A stretch of DNA of 63,297 nucleotides, counting the filler, from an uncultured bacterium (GTDB lineage: Bacteria > DYJV01): assembly GCA_964543655.1 (NCBI GenBank). It is 6 parts of 6 records of this genome, joined end to end, with 100 filler letters (N's around TTAATTAATTAA, not from the genome) between each part and the next. Parts side by side here need not be neighbours in the genome. Positions count along the whole stretch, not along the records: positions 34,913 to 56,550 come from CAZIZE010000027.1; 5 more parts are not named here. The stretch is one strand, 5' to 3'. The position numbers were made by a program, and so were the translations under genes. Positions 39,034 to 48,770 of this stretch are shown piece by piece (the first letter of the stretch is position 1; each line of letters opens with the position of its first letter). Under the pieces are notes generated by a model, which was not told the origin of the DNA, did no database searches, and was given only the letters and a program-made list of their open reading frames with translations.

Positions 39034-41285
39034 ATATCATTCCCGCAAAGCAAATTATAATCACAAAAGTAACAATACCTTTTGTCTGGTTCAAAAATTT
39101 CTTCTTCTTGAATATTTTTTAAAATCTCTGCTAATTCATCTATTTTCTCTGATGCATCAATAATTATCTCTTTGCCATATTCTGCAATAGAATTGTATCC
39201 AACTTCAATTTTTAAATTTTTAAAAAAATTTCTTGCCAAAATTAAATAAAAAACAAGTTGAAAATCTGTTAAGTTATCTGATAACTTCCCTTTTTTTAAT
39301 GGTAAATTGGAGGTTTTTGATGTTTTAAAATCAATTAATTTTACTTTGTCGTTATAGATTTCTATTCTATCAATTCTTGCTTTTAAAGTGTAACTGGAAA
39401 ATTTGCATGTTAATTCTTTTTCTGAAATAATCCTTTTTACTTTGCTTAAATTTTCAGCATCTAATTCAATAAATTTTTTTATTCTATTTTTCCATGTTTC
39501 TAACAAGAGCTTATTCTCTGAGTTTGAAGCTTTTCTTTTTAAAAAATTCCAGACTTTAAGAAAATACTCATCTTTACTAATACCTTTAAAAGCATAATTT
39601 TTAATAGCTTCATGAATAGCAAGGCCGAGGTTAAACTCCTCCTTATCCTCATATGATAGAGATTTTACATATTTAAAATAAAACATTCTCTTACATTCAA
39701 GATAAGTTTTTAACATTGTAGGTGTTAAGGTTTTTCTATAAAAAATGAGATTTTTATCTTTAATAATATTTGTGCTGAAATAGTGTGGTTTTATTCTGGA
39801 ATAAGGTAAAATAGCATCTATATAGTTATCTCCATTTACAGGTGCTGAGTTTAAATTAAGCTCATTTATGAATCTACTTGGCTTTTTTTCATTGTTTTCA
39901 ACATAAATTATTACATTATATCTGCTTTTATAAAAAAGTGAGTAGAAATAATGCTTTTGCAAATTTTCTCTATCTTCTCTTGTAGGTAAGCCAGCTTTTT
40001 TTCTAATAAAGGTGTTTAAAAAAATGTCTTTTTCAGAAACAAAAGGTACTATTCCTTCATTAAAGTCTACTACAATAACTGCATCAAAATGCAAGCCTCG
40101 TGATTCAAGTAAGCCCATAACTGTAATTTTACCACCTGAGTTGTCAGAAATTTTTATTCCTTCAATTAATCTAAGAAAAGTAAAAAAAAGCTCATCAATT
40201 TTGAGAGAAATATCTTTGTAAATATGTTTAAATTTAAAAATTATTTCTTTATACTTTACTTCTGCTTCTTCATTCTGTATAGGAAAATTTTCTAAAAACT
40301 CTATAAAATCATAAAAGTTTGAAAATTGCTCATAACCTCGTTCATTGTAAAACTTTTCTAATTCTTTAAACTCATCAGTTTCATTAAAATTAAATCCCAT
40401 TGCAAAGTTGAAAATTCTTTCATTATTAGTAGAGTTTTTATCAAAATGTTTTAGAAAAGAAACAAAAGATTCATCAGGAACAATTAATGCAATTTTTTCA
40501 GGTAAAATATTTTCAGATAAAATCTGCTCAATCTCTTTTAAAACAACAGCAACCTGAGTTAATCTTAGAGATGTTTTGTAAATTTTTAATTTTTTGTTTG
40601 ATGAAGAAAAAATTGGCTCTTCTTGTAGAATTTTACCATTAGAAAAATCAATAGTGTAATTATGGTTTAATTTAACATTAGAAAGAAAATTTTTATAAAG
40701 TTTGCTGTTAAATGGTGATGCAAAAAAAGTAATTTTTACATTATCTAATTTTTTTAAAATATCTATTTCACGGTTGGTTAAAAAGCCGTCAACATGAATT
40801 TTTATTTCATTAATGGAATTGAGAAATACAGTATTGAGTTTATAATTGTCTAAGGTAATTTTATCAAAGTAATTATTGTTTTTTAAAATATTTTTGTAAT
40901 TTATTAATATTTCTTCAAGAATAGAGAGATGCTCTTCAAATTCTGCATATACGTCAAAATTTTTTAAATTTTGAATTTCAATATTTTCAACTGATAACTC
41001 TTCAAAAAATCTGAAAAAAAAATCTTTTCTTTTTAAAAATGAGATAAAACTATAAAAGCTTTCAGGAATTCCTAATTTTGAAAGCCTGTTTTTTTCTAAT
41101 GTTTCAATAGCTTTATGAAGGTAGAATTCCCTTAATGAGTTTTCAATTTTTATTTTTTCTGGAACTATTACAATATTATCAATGAAAGAATCAATGGTAA
41201 AAAGTTTTGGCAGGGGACCCTGCAATGAGTTATTAATAAAATCTCTGATTTTTCTATAAGTTGAAAATATTTCTACATTAAACAC
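39030..41285 (-). CDS. addB: AddB-like PD-(D/E)XK nuclease subunit
   Basis: LESRGL.FD, RIDRI...LIDFKT, Fe-S-type cysteines (YLEC...CYFCDYNLLC); translationally coupled to addA. Confidence 0.85.
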   Translation of the reverse strand: MFNVEIFSTYRKIRDFINNSLQGPLPKLFTIDSFIDNIVIVPEKIKIENSLREFYLHKAIETLEKNRLSKLGIPESFYSFISFLKRKDFFFRFFEELSVENIEIQNLKNFDVYAEFEEHLSILEEILINYKNILKNNNYFDKITLDNYKLNTVFLNSINEIKIHVDGFLTNREIDILKKLDNVKITFFASPFNSKLYKNFLSNVKLNHNYTIDFSNGKILQEEPIFSSSNKKLKIYKTSLRLTQVAVVLKEIEQILSENILPEKIALIVPDESFVSFLKHFDKNSTNNERIFNFAMGFNFNETDEFKELEKFYNERGYEQFSNFYDFIEFLENFPIQNEEAEVKYKEIIFKFKHIYKDISLKIDELFFTFLRLIEGIKISDNSGGKITVMGLLESRGLHFDAVIVVDFNEGIVPFVSEKDIFLNTFIRKKAGLPTREDRENLQKHYFYSLFYKSRYNVIIYVENNEKKPSRFINELNLNSAPVNGDNYIDAILPYSRIKPHYFSTNIIKDKNLIFYRKTLTPTMLKTYLECKRMFYFKYVKSLSYEDKEEFNLGLAIHEAIKNYAFKGISKDEYFLKVWNFLKRKASNSENKLLLETWKNRIKKFIELDAENLSKVKRIISEKELTCKFSSYTLKARIDRIEIYNDKVKLIDFKTSKTSNLPLKKGKLSDNLTDFQLVFYLILARNFFKNLKIEVGYNSIAEYGKEIIIDASEKIDELAEILKNIQEEEIFEPDKRYCYFCDYNLLCGNDI

Positions 41286-41661
41286 TTTTTTCTAATTTTG
41301 AAAGAATATAGTCATTTATTGCATTTTCAAGGGCAATTGGCCCAAGTGTTGTGCAATGAACTTTTTCTTCTGGTAAGCCGCCTAATTCATTTAATACATC
41401 ATTAGGCTTAATATTTATGGCATCTCTAAAATTTTTATTTTTTATCATCTGCAAGAATGCACTTGTTGCTGCAATAGCAACATGGCATCCAAAAACCTCT
41501 GCTTTTGATTCTGTGATAATATCATTTTCATCTATTTTTAGATAAAGTTTAATATAATCAGTGCACCCAGGGTCCCCACCTATGCCTACAGTATCAGGAT
41601 TTTCCATTCTCCCAATATCCTTTGCTTCCATAAAATATTTTATTAGCTTTGTTTCATCCAT
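41278..41661 (-). CDS. IscU/NifU-N family Fe-S scaffold
   Basis: GDPGCTD, FGC..AIAATS, LGGLPEEKVHC. Confidence 0.88.
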   Translation of the reverse strand: MDETKLIKYFMEAKDIGRMENPDTVGIGGDPGCTDYIKLYLKIDENDIITESKAEVFGCHVAIAATSAFLQMIKNKNFRDAINIKPNDVLNELGGLPEEKVHCTTLGPIALENAINDYILSKLEKSV

Positions 41662-41679
41662 TTTGTGCTCCAGAAAATT

Positions 41680-41856
41680 TTAGAAACAGCCAAGCTGACA
41701 ATTAATTATTTTAATATTTAAATCATTTAAAGCTTTTCCCATTTCTCTTTTAGGAAAATTGTACTTATCTGCAAGCTCCCATGCTTTTGCACAACTTATT
41801 TTGCCATTATTCTTTGCAGCTATTTCTTGTAATTCCCTTTTTAAATTTTCATTCAT
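41680..41856 (-). CDS. 58-aa Cys-containing small protein (C-terminal CQLGCF)
   Basis: Below the track cutoff. MNENLKRELQEIAAKNNGKISCAKAWELADKYNFPKREMGKALNDLNIKIINCQLGCF*, G-rich RBS, fills the gap in a same-strand run. Confidence 0.85.
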   Translation of the reverse strand: MNENLKRELQEIAAKNNGKISCAKAWELADKYNFPKREMGKALNDLNIKIINCQLGCF

Positions 41857-41869
41857 TTTAACCCCCCTT

Positions 41870-42499
41870 TTATTTTATATTCAGACCTTTTACAACAACG
41901 TATCCACCATCACCAAAGCTAATTTTCACAGGCTCAACATCTTTAATTAGAGCTGGAATTTTAAATAAAGTCTGGTAAATTTCTGTTATTAAAATATCGT
42001 TTCTTTTAAAATGTTCTATTAATTGCAAAGTTGATAAAAATTTACAATTTGAGTAAAATTTTGAAGTTGTTTTTTCTCTGTATATATCACCTAAAAAAGA
42101 ATCAGAATCTATAATTCCTGCTATAACATGGCCGCTCTGTTTAACCACTCTTTTAATTTCCATAAATAATTTATGAATGTTTTTAACAAATGCAAGTGTT
42201 GTTGCAAGAAGCACAAAATCAAATGAGTTCTCCTTAAATGGCAGTTCCTCACCTATACCTTTAGCCACAGTAATGTTTCTATTTTGTGCAAGTTTAAGCA
42301 TGTTTATTGATGGATCAAGACCAAATTGAATATTAAGTGCTTCTGCAAATCTTCCAGAGCCAACACCAATTTCTAAACCTACTTTATCCTCAGGGACAAC
42401 TTTTTTTAAAGCTTCAAGCTCTGAGAGAAAAATATTTTTATTTTCATCAAACCAGTTATCATACTCTTTGTAAAATTTGTCAAAAATTTTTATATTCAT
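41870..42499 (-). CDS. Class I SAM-dependent methyltransferase
   Basis: LEIGVGSGRF, GLDPS..ML, LPF.ENSFD. Confidence 0.9.
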   Translation of the reverse strand: MNIKIFDKFYKEYDNWFDENKNIFLSELEALKKVVPEDKVGLEIGVGSGRFAEALNIQFGLDPSINMLKLAQNRNITVAKGIGEELPFKENSFDFVLLATTLAFVKNIHKLFMEIKRVVKQSGHVIAGIIDSDSFLGDIYREKTTSKFYSNCKFLSTLQLIEHFKRNDILITEIYQTLFKIPALIKDVEPVKISFGDGGYVVVKGLNIK

Positions 42500-43312
42500 C
42501 TATTTATCTTTTGTTTTTGGATTTAAAATATTTTGCAAACCTTCTCCTACAAAATTAAATGCAAGTATTGTAACAAATATAGCAAGTCCTGGAAATAAAG
42601 ATAACCACCAAGCTATGTCAATGTTATCTTTTCCATTCATAAGCATATTACCCCAGCTTGCTGTAGGTGGCTGAACTCCAAGACCTAAAAAAGAAAGAGC
42701 TGATTCTGTTAAAATTGCTCCACCTATTCCAAGTGTAGCATATACAAGTATTATTGGCAAGATATTTGGTAAAATATGAATTATTAAAATTCTAAAAGTT
42801 GATGCACCATTAATAATAGCAGCAAGTATAAATTCCCTTTTTTTCAATGATAATATTTCAGCCCTAACCATTCTACATATTCCCATCCAGCTTGTTACAC
42901 CAATAATCAGCATAATATTTGTAATAGATGGTTGTAGATAAGCTATAACAGCAAGGATTAGAAAGAATGTAGGGAAGCAGAGCATAATATCAACAAAACG
43001 CATTATTATAATATCTGCAATCCCTTCAAAAAATCCTGCAATAGCCCCTAATATTGTGCCAATAATAGCTGAAATGCCAACAGCTATAAATCCAACTTTT
43101 ATTGAAATACGAGAACCATAAATTAACCTTGATAAAACATCGCGCCCAAGTTCATCAGTACCAAGTAAATGCGTATGAGATGGTGGGAGCAAAACATCTT
43201 TAACATTTATAAGTGCTGGATTGTAAGGTGCTATTTCAGGTGCAAATATGGCCATTATTATCAGTAGAATTATAAAGCCTATTCCTGAGTAAAAAAGTAA
43301 ACTCTGCTTCAT
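42500..43312 (-). CDS. Peptide/nickel ABC transporter permease (DppC/OppC type)
   Basis: HLLGTDELGRD, EAA-like loop, ESALSFLGLGVQPP. Confidence 0.92.
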   Translation of the reverse strand: MKQSLLFYSGIGFIILLIIMAIFAPEIAPYNPALINVKDVLLPPSHTHLLGTDELGRDVLSRLIYGSRISIKVGFIAVGISAIIGTILGAIAGFFEGIADIIIMRFVDIMLCFPTFFLILAVIAYLQPSITNIMLIIGVTSWMGICRMVRAEILSLKKREFILAAIINGASTFRILIIHILPNILPIILVYATLGIGGAILTESALSFLGLGVQPPTASWGNMLMNGKDNIDIAWWLSLFPGLAIFVTILAFNFVGEGLQNILNPKTKDK

Positions 43313-43376
43313 AAGGTGTATATATATAATTTTTTTTTGATTGGCAATAACTTAATTTTTCTGTTATAATAAAATT

Positions 43377-44201
43377 ATGGAAAAAACAATTTCTCTGGCT
43401 TTAAGTGCAGGTGGTGCAAGAGGGTATGCGCACATTGGAGTAATAGAAGTATTAGAAGAATTTGGTCTTAAAATTAAGTCTATTGCCGGTTCTTCAATGG
43501 GTGCTGTTATTGGTGGAATTTATTCTGCAAATAAACTTGATGTTTACAAAGAGTGGGTAACTGGTCTTGATAAAATTGATGTATGGAAAATGCTTGACCT
43601 ATCATTTACAAAAAAGGGTATTTTTAAAGGTGATAGAATAATAAACTTTCTTGAAAAAGCACTTATTGGGCATTATGAAATAGAGGATTTTCAGGTTAAA
43701 TTTACAGCAGTAGCAGTGGATATTGTCTCTCACAGAGAAGTGTGGTTCAGTAGGGGACCGCTATTTGATGCAATAAGGGCATCTATTGCTATCCCTGGCT
43801 TATTTACACCTGTGTATATGGAGAACAAAATACTTGTAGATGGTGGGATATTAAATCCTTTACCAATTGCACCTGTATTAAATGATCATAATGATCTGAT
43901 AATTGCTGTTGACGTTAATTCATCAAGAGAAGCAGATTCTATACTTTTAAAGCATTTTCAGAAATCATCTGACAAACATAGTGAAGAACTTAATATGCTG
44001 AATATTTTAATGCAGTCTATTAATATTATGCAGAATAAAATTAGCAAATTTAGATTAGCCTCATATTCTCCTGATTTAGTTATTGAAATACCCAAATATT
44101 GTTGTGGAATTTTTGATTTTCATCGAGCAGAGGAAATGATAAAAATAGGTAGAATAATTGCAAAAAATGAGCTTGAAAAATTTTTTAATAAAATAAGATA
44201 A
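43377..44201 (+). CDS. Patatin-like phospholipase
   Basis: GGARG, GSSMG, DGG motifs. Confidence 0.92.
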   Translation: MEKTISLALSAGGARGYAHIGVIEVLEEFGLKIKSIAGSSMGAVIGGIYSANKLDVYKEWVTGLDKIDVWKMLDLSFTKKGIFKGDRIINFLEKALIGHYEIEDFQVKFTAVAVDIVSHREVWFSRGPLFDAIRASIAIPGLFTPVYMENKILVDGGILNPLPIAPVLNDHNDLIIAVDVNSSREADSILLKHFQKSSDKHSEELNMLNILMQSINIMQNKISKFRLASYSPDLVIEIPKYCCGIFDFHRAEEMIKIGRIIAKNELEKFFNKIR

Positions 44202-44359
44202 AAATTATTGACAAATTGAAGTTATTAGTATACTTTTAAAAATATAATAATGTTATATTTACGGAGAAGATAAAATTTCCGAAATATCTGAACCTCCAGG
44301 TTTATACATTCTAACCAGTTTTCCAGCCTTTCAACCATTTTTTGTAAAAGGAGAAAAAT

Positions 44360-45169
44360 ATGCAATTTGAAACAGTTATTTTTGAAAAAGATAGAAATAT
44401 AGCTATATTGAGGTTGCACAGGCCAGAAAGAATGAATGCAGTTATAGAGCAAATGTATATTGATATTAATAGTGTACTTGATATTGTTGAAAAAGATGAT
44501 GATATAAGGGTTATGATATTAACTGGCTGTGTATGGAAAAGGGAGAAAGGTGATAAGCAGGCATTTTGTGCAGGAGCAGATTTAAAAAAACATTCAGCTG
44601 GAGATAGAACCCCATTTGAAAAAAGAGAATATATATTTCTTGCTCACAATACAACCAAAAGAATTTATGAATTTTCAAAGCCTATTATTGCTGCTGTTAA
44701 TGGTCCGGCTCGTGGAGCTGGTACAGAGATGGCACTTAACTGTGATTTTTTAATAATGGCTGATGAAGCTACAATAGGTTTTCCAGAAACATCTCTTGGT
44801 ACATTTATAGGTGGAGGAGTTACATATCACCTCTCTCAAATAGTAGGTATGCAAAAGGCTAAAGAGCTTGTTTACACAGGGAAAATCTTAAATGGTAAAG
44901 AAGCTGTAGAGTTTGGATTAGCTTATAAAAGTTTTCCAATAACCTTATTTATGGATAATGTTATTTCATTTGCAGAAACTTTAGCAGAGAAAGCTCCATT
45001 TTCTATGAAGTTTGCCAAAAAGCTTTTACAAAAAGCACCACATCTTGATATTGATACTGTTATTACCCTTGAAGCAGAGGCAATTCTTGCATGTATGACC
45101 ACAGAAGATTGGCATGAAGGTATAAAAGCATTTTTGGAAAAAAGAAAGCCTGTGTATAAAGGCAAATAG
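44360..45169 (+). CDS. Enoyl-CoA hydratase/isomerase family protein
   Basis: RPERMNA, AFCAGADL, KPIIAAVNG, FLEKRKP.Y.G. Confidence 0.92.
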   Translation: MQFETVIFEKDRNIAILRLHRPERMNAVIEQMYIDINSVLDIVEKDDDIRVMILTGCVWKREKGDKQAFCAGADLKKHSAGDRTPFEKREYIFLAHNTTKRIYEFSKPIIAAVNGPARGAGTEMALNCDFLIMADEATIGFPETSLGTFIGGGVTYHLSQIVGMQKAKELVYTGKILNGKEAVEFGLAYKSFPITLFMDNVISFAETLAEKAPFSMKFAKKLLQKAPHLDIDTVITLEAEAILACMTTEDWHEGIKAFLEKRKPVYKGK

Positions 45170-45178
45170 GAGGGTTGT

Positions 45179-47323
45179 ATGAGTTTGCACAGAGTTTTAA
45201 ATGCTCAAAGTGTAGCTGTTATTGGTGCTTCAAAAAATAAAACAAAGAGAGGGTATCAGGCTATTGTTACTCTTCATGAAGAAAATTATGAAGGGAAAAT
45301 ATTCCCTGTTAATCCAAAAGAAAAGAGCATTCTTGGGTTAAAATGTTATGCAAAAGTTACAGATATAGAAGATGAAGTTGACCTTGCACTTATTACCACA
45401 CCAGCAGAGACTATCCCTAATATTTTAAGAGATTGTGGGAAGAAAGGTGTGGCTGGAGCTGTTATTATTGCTGGTGGGTTTAGAGAAGCTGGAGAAAAAG
45501 GTAAAAGACTTGAGAGAGAAGTTGTGGAAGTTGCCAAGGAGTGTGGTGTCAGGCTTATAGGTCCAAACACTTCAGGAATGATGAATCTTAAAATAGGGCT
45601 AAATCTTGTTGGTATAAAAAATGCCCCTAAAGGTGATATTGCTCTGGTAACCCAGAGTGGTAATATGGCTCTTGAGTTAATTACAGAGGCATCAATTAAA
45701 AGCAGGAAAGGCTTTTCCTATTATGTAGGTGTTGGTAATGAAGCTGATATAAAATTTCATGAATATCTCAATTTTTTCAAAAATGACCCTGATACAAAGG
45801 CAATTTTAATGTATGTGGAAGGATTAAGTGAAGGTAGAAAGTTTTTACAGGAAGCTTACAATGCCACATTAGTTAAGCCAGTTGTTTTATTAAAAAGTGG
45901 CAGAACATCTGCTGGTAAAAAATCTGCTGGTTCCCATACAGGCTCTCTTGCAGGAATGAGTGAAGTTGCATTAACAGCATTTAAAAGGGCAGGTATTACT
46001 GTAATCGAAGATTCAGACAAGCTCTTTCCTGTTGCAGAAACTCTTTCAAGCCTTCCAACAATAAAAAATAATAAAGTTGCAATTCTTGCAGATGGTGGTG
46101 GTCATGCTACAATTGCAGCTGATCTTTTAACAGAAGCTGGTATTGAAATTCCAGAGTTGCATTCAAAAACACAAGAAAAATTAAGAGCATTGCTACCATG
46201 GAATGCATCAGTTAAAAATCCAGTTGATGTTGCAGGTGGCACAGATTCCAATCCAAAGCTTTTTGCTGATTGTGTTAGAGAGATTTTAAGAGACCATAAT
46301 ATTGGTGGGTTGCTTTTGGTTGGGCTTTTTGGTGGTTATGGTATTAGATTTGCCGAAGAGCTTAAATTTCAAGAAGAGGATGCAGCGCACCAGATGGGTA
46401 AATATGTTGTTAAATATAGGAAGCCAATAGTTGTTCATAGTTTGTATAATTTTTTAAAACCACATTCCCATGAATTGTTAAGATATTACAATATCCCTGT
46501 TTACGATTCTCTTGAAGTTGCATGTAAATGTATAGAGAGTTTGTGCAGGTATGGTGAATATTTAACAACATACCATAGAGAGGTAAGTTTTGTAATTAAC
46601 TATAGGAAAAAAGCGCACAATGAAGCTGAGAAAATAATTGCAAATGCACTTGCCAGTGGCAGAAGTGTCTTACTTGAGCATGAAGCTAAAAAAATATTAA
46701 AAATACATAATGTTCCTTTACTTGAAGAAGAAGTTTGCAAAACACCAGAAGATGCAGTTAATTTTTTTAAAAAAATAGGTAAACCAGTTGCAATGAAAAT
46801 AGTTTCAAAAGATATACTTCATAAAAGTGATGCTGGTGGTGTAAAGCTTAATATAGATTCTGAGGAAAAAGTTAGGGAAGCTTTTGATGAAATTATTAAA
46901 AATGCGAAAAATTATAAACCTGATGCAGAGATAGAAGGTATCCTTGTTACACCTATGGCAGATGAAGGCCTTGAAATAATAGTTGGCACTAAGATAGATG
47001 AGCAGTTTGGACCTATAATTTTATATGGAATAGGTGGTATTCTTGTTGAGGTAATAAAAGATGTTGCTTTTAGAGTGCTTCCTCTTTCAAGAGGTTGTGC
47101 AAAAAGAATGATTGACGAAATTAAATCTTCAAAAATTTTAAATGGTTTTAGAGGGTTTAAGCCTTTTGATAAAAAAGCTTTAATTAGGTTACTTTTAGCT
47201 GTGTCAGATATAGTAGAGTCTTATCCAGAGATAAAAGAGATGGATTTAAATCCAGTATTGCTTTATGAAGAGTCAAAAGGGCTCACAGTTGTTGATGCAA
47301 GAATAATATTAAAAAGCAAATAA
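45179..47323 (+). CDS. Acetate/acyl-CoA ligase (ADP-forming), fused alpha-beta
   Basis: VAVIGAS, GPN, QSG, SHTGSLAG phospho-His motif, HKSDAGGV, DLNP. Confidence 0.92.
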   Translation: MSLHRVLNAQSVAVIGASKNKTKRGYQAIVTLHEENYEGKIFPVNPKEKSILGLKCYAKVTDIEDEVDLALITTPAETIPNILRDCGKKGVAGAVIIAGGFREAGEKGKRLEREVVEVAKECGVRLIGPNTSGMMNLKIGLNLVGIKNAPKGDIALVTQSGNMALELITEASIKSRKGFSYYVGVGNEADIKFHEYLNFFKNDPDTKAILMYVEGLSEGRKFLQEAYNATLVKPVVLLKSGRTSAGKKSAGSHTGSLAGMSEVALTAFKRAGITVIEDSDKLFPVAETLSSLPTIKNNKVAILADGGGHATIAADLLTEAGIEIPELHSKTQEKLRALLPWNASVKNPVDVAGGTDSNPKLFADCVREILRDHNIGGLLLVGLFGGYGIRFAEELKFQEEDAAHQMGKYVVKYRKPIVVHSLYNFLKPHSHELLRYYNIPVYDSLEVACKCIESLCRYGEYLTTYHREVSFVINYRKKAHNEAEKIIANALASGRSVLLEHEAKKILKIHNVPLLEEEVCKTPEDAVNFFKKIGKPVAMKIVSKDILHKSDAGGVKLNIDSEEKVREAFDEIIKNAKNYKPDAEIEGILVTPMADEGLEIIVGTKIDEQFGPIILYGIGGILVEVIKDVAFRVLPLSRGCAKRMIDEIKSSKILNGFRGFKPFDKKALIRLLLAVSDIVESYPEIKEMDLNPVLLYEESKGLTVVDARIILKSK

Positions 47324-47338
47324 AAGTATAAATTATGC

Positions 47339-47416
47339 TTGACAAATTTATTAAATTAAATTAATTAAAAAATTGTATACAATTTAAGCCATAGAGATTT
47401 CATAAACTCTATGGCT
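47339..47416 (+). promoter_or_regulatory. Internal promoter region with palindromic operator and leader hairpin
   Basis: TTGACA at 47339, perfect palindrome AATTGTATACAATT at 47371-47384, 10-bp stem AGCCATAGAG/CTCTATGGCT at 47387-47416. Confidence 0.55.
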
Positions 47417-47436
47417 ATTTTAATAAAGGTTAAAAA

Positions 47437-48267
47437 ATGGAAAAAGTTATTATTACTGCTGCTATCACAGGAAGCAGAACCCCAAAAGAGAAGTCACCTT
47501 ATATTCCCATTACCCCCCAAGAGATAGCAGATTCTGCAATAGATGCTGTTAATGCAGGCGCTGCAATAGTTCATATTCATGTGAGAGATCTTCAAACAAA
47601 GCTTGGAACACAGGATGCTCAGTTATACAGGGAAGTGCTTGATAAGATTTATTCAAAGGTTAACCCTGTTGTTTGCCTTACTACAAGTGGGATTCCTGGT
47701 AAAAACTTAGGTTATGAGGAACGTTTTATCCCTCTTCAATTTAAGCCTGAACTTGCTTCATTTGATGCTGGTTCCATTAATGTAAATGATGGAGTATTTC
47801 TTAATCCACCAGATTTTTTAAAACAACTTGCTTTAAAAATGAAAGAAGCAGGGGTCAAACCAGAATTAGAAGTTTTTGATACAGGGATGATAGAGTATTG
47901 CAAATATCTGATGAATGAAGGTTTTCTTGAGCGACCATTACATTTTCAATTTGTTCTTGGTGTAAGAGGTGGTGCAGCTGCATCTGCTAAAACTCTTCTG
48001 CATATGGTAGAGCTAATCCCAGAAGATTCTACATGGTCTGTTATTGGTATAGGTAAAGGACAGCTTCCTATGGTAATGATGGGGCTTGTGCTTGGTGGAC
48101 ATGTTAGGGTTGGTTTAGAGGATAATATTTACTATTCAAAAGGTAGACTTGCAAAGTCTAATGCAGAATTAGTTGAAAGGGTTGTTAGAATAGCAAAAGA
48201 ATTTGGAAGAGAGGTCGCAAGTCCTGATGATGCAAGAAATATTTTATCAATAAAAAAAATGGAGTGA
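47437..48267 (+). CDS. Beta-keto acid cleavage enzyme family (BKACE/Kce, DUF849)
   Basis: IITAAITGS, P.TP.EIA, HIHVRD, KPELEVFD.G, GGHVRVGLEDN, SNAELV. Confidence 0.92.
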   Translation: MEKVIITAAITGSRTPKEKSPYIPITPQEIADSAIDAVNAGAAIVHIHVRDLQTKLGTQDAQLYREVLDKIYSKVNPVVCLTTSGIPGKNLGYEERFIPLQFKPELASFDAGSINVNDGVFLNPPDFLKQLALKMKEAGVKPELEVFDTGMIEYCKYLMNEGFLERPLHFQFVLGVRGGAAASAKTLLHMVELIPEDSTWSVIGIGKGQLPMVMMGLVLGGHVRVGLEDNIYYSKGRLAKSNAELVERVVRIAKEFGREVASPDDARNILSIKKME

Positions 48268-48270
48268 AAA

Positions 48271-48714
48271 ATGAGTTTTAAGACAATTTTAGTGCCAATT
48301 GATTTCTCAGATGATTCATTAAATGCATTAAAGCATGGAATAGAAATTGCCAAAAAGTTTAATTCCAAACTATTTATTTTGCATGTTAACCATGATGAAA
48401 GTTTACTTTATCATTACCTTACTGATGAAGAATTTGAAGAATTAAAAGAGCGTATTATTAAAGATGTTCAGAATCAACTTGAGAAGTTAGAGGATAAGTT
48501 TCCAGAGCTTAAAGATATAGATTATCATTACAGAATAAGACGAGGGGTTCCTTATGTTGAGATTGTTGAAGAAACTGAAAAAGAGCATGTGGATTTGGTT
48601 ATTGTAGGCTCCCATGGTAAGACAAGTGCTAAAAAGTTTTTTTATGGTGGCACTACTTCCAAAGTTGCCAGACGTGCAAAGTGCAATGTTATGATTACGC
48701 GATTAAATGACTAA
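48271..48714 (+). CDS. Universal stress protein
   Basis: ILVPIDFS, DLVIVGSHG, V.R.AKC.V. Confidence 0.92.
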   Translation: MSFKTILVPIDFSDDSLNALKHGIEIAKKFNSKLFILHVNHDESLLYHYLTDEEFEELKERIIKDVQNQLEKLEDKFPELKDIDYHYRIRRGVPYVEIVEETEKEHVDLVIVGSHGKTSAKKFFYGGTTSKVARRAKCNVMITRLND

Positions 48715-48770
48715 CACAGGCTTTTCGGTGCTTTTGTCACCAAATAAAATAAATTCAAGGAGGTAAGGAG

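Noticed and set aside
42500-43312. Lone DppC/OppC permease without the rest of the ABC system
   Set aside because: Scattered peptide ABC subunits are common; nothing else is unusual.
44235-44359. Long leader before the enoyl-CoA hydratase as a possible riboswitch
   Set aside because: I could not match a known riboswitch consensus or find a convincing terminator/antiterminator pair.
48265-48273. BKACE stop TGA is in frame with the downstream USP gene (TGA AAA ATG), a possible second Sec read-through
   Set aside because: Both proteins are complete, the USP has its own GGAG RBS, and no hairpin is evident after the TGA.
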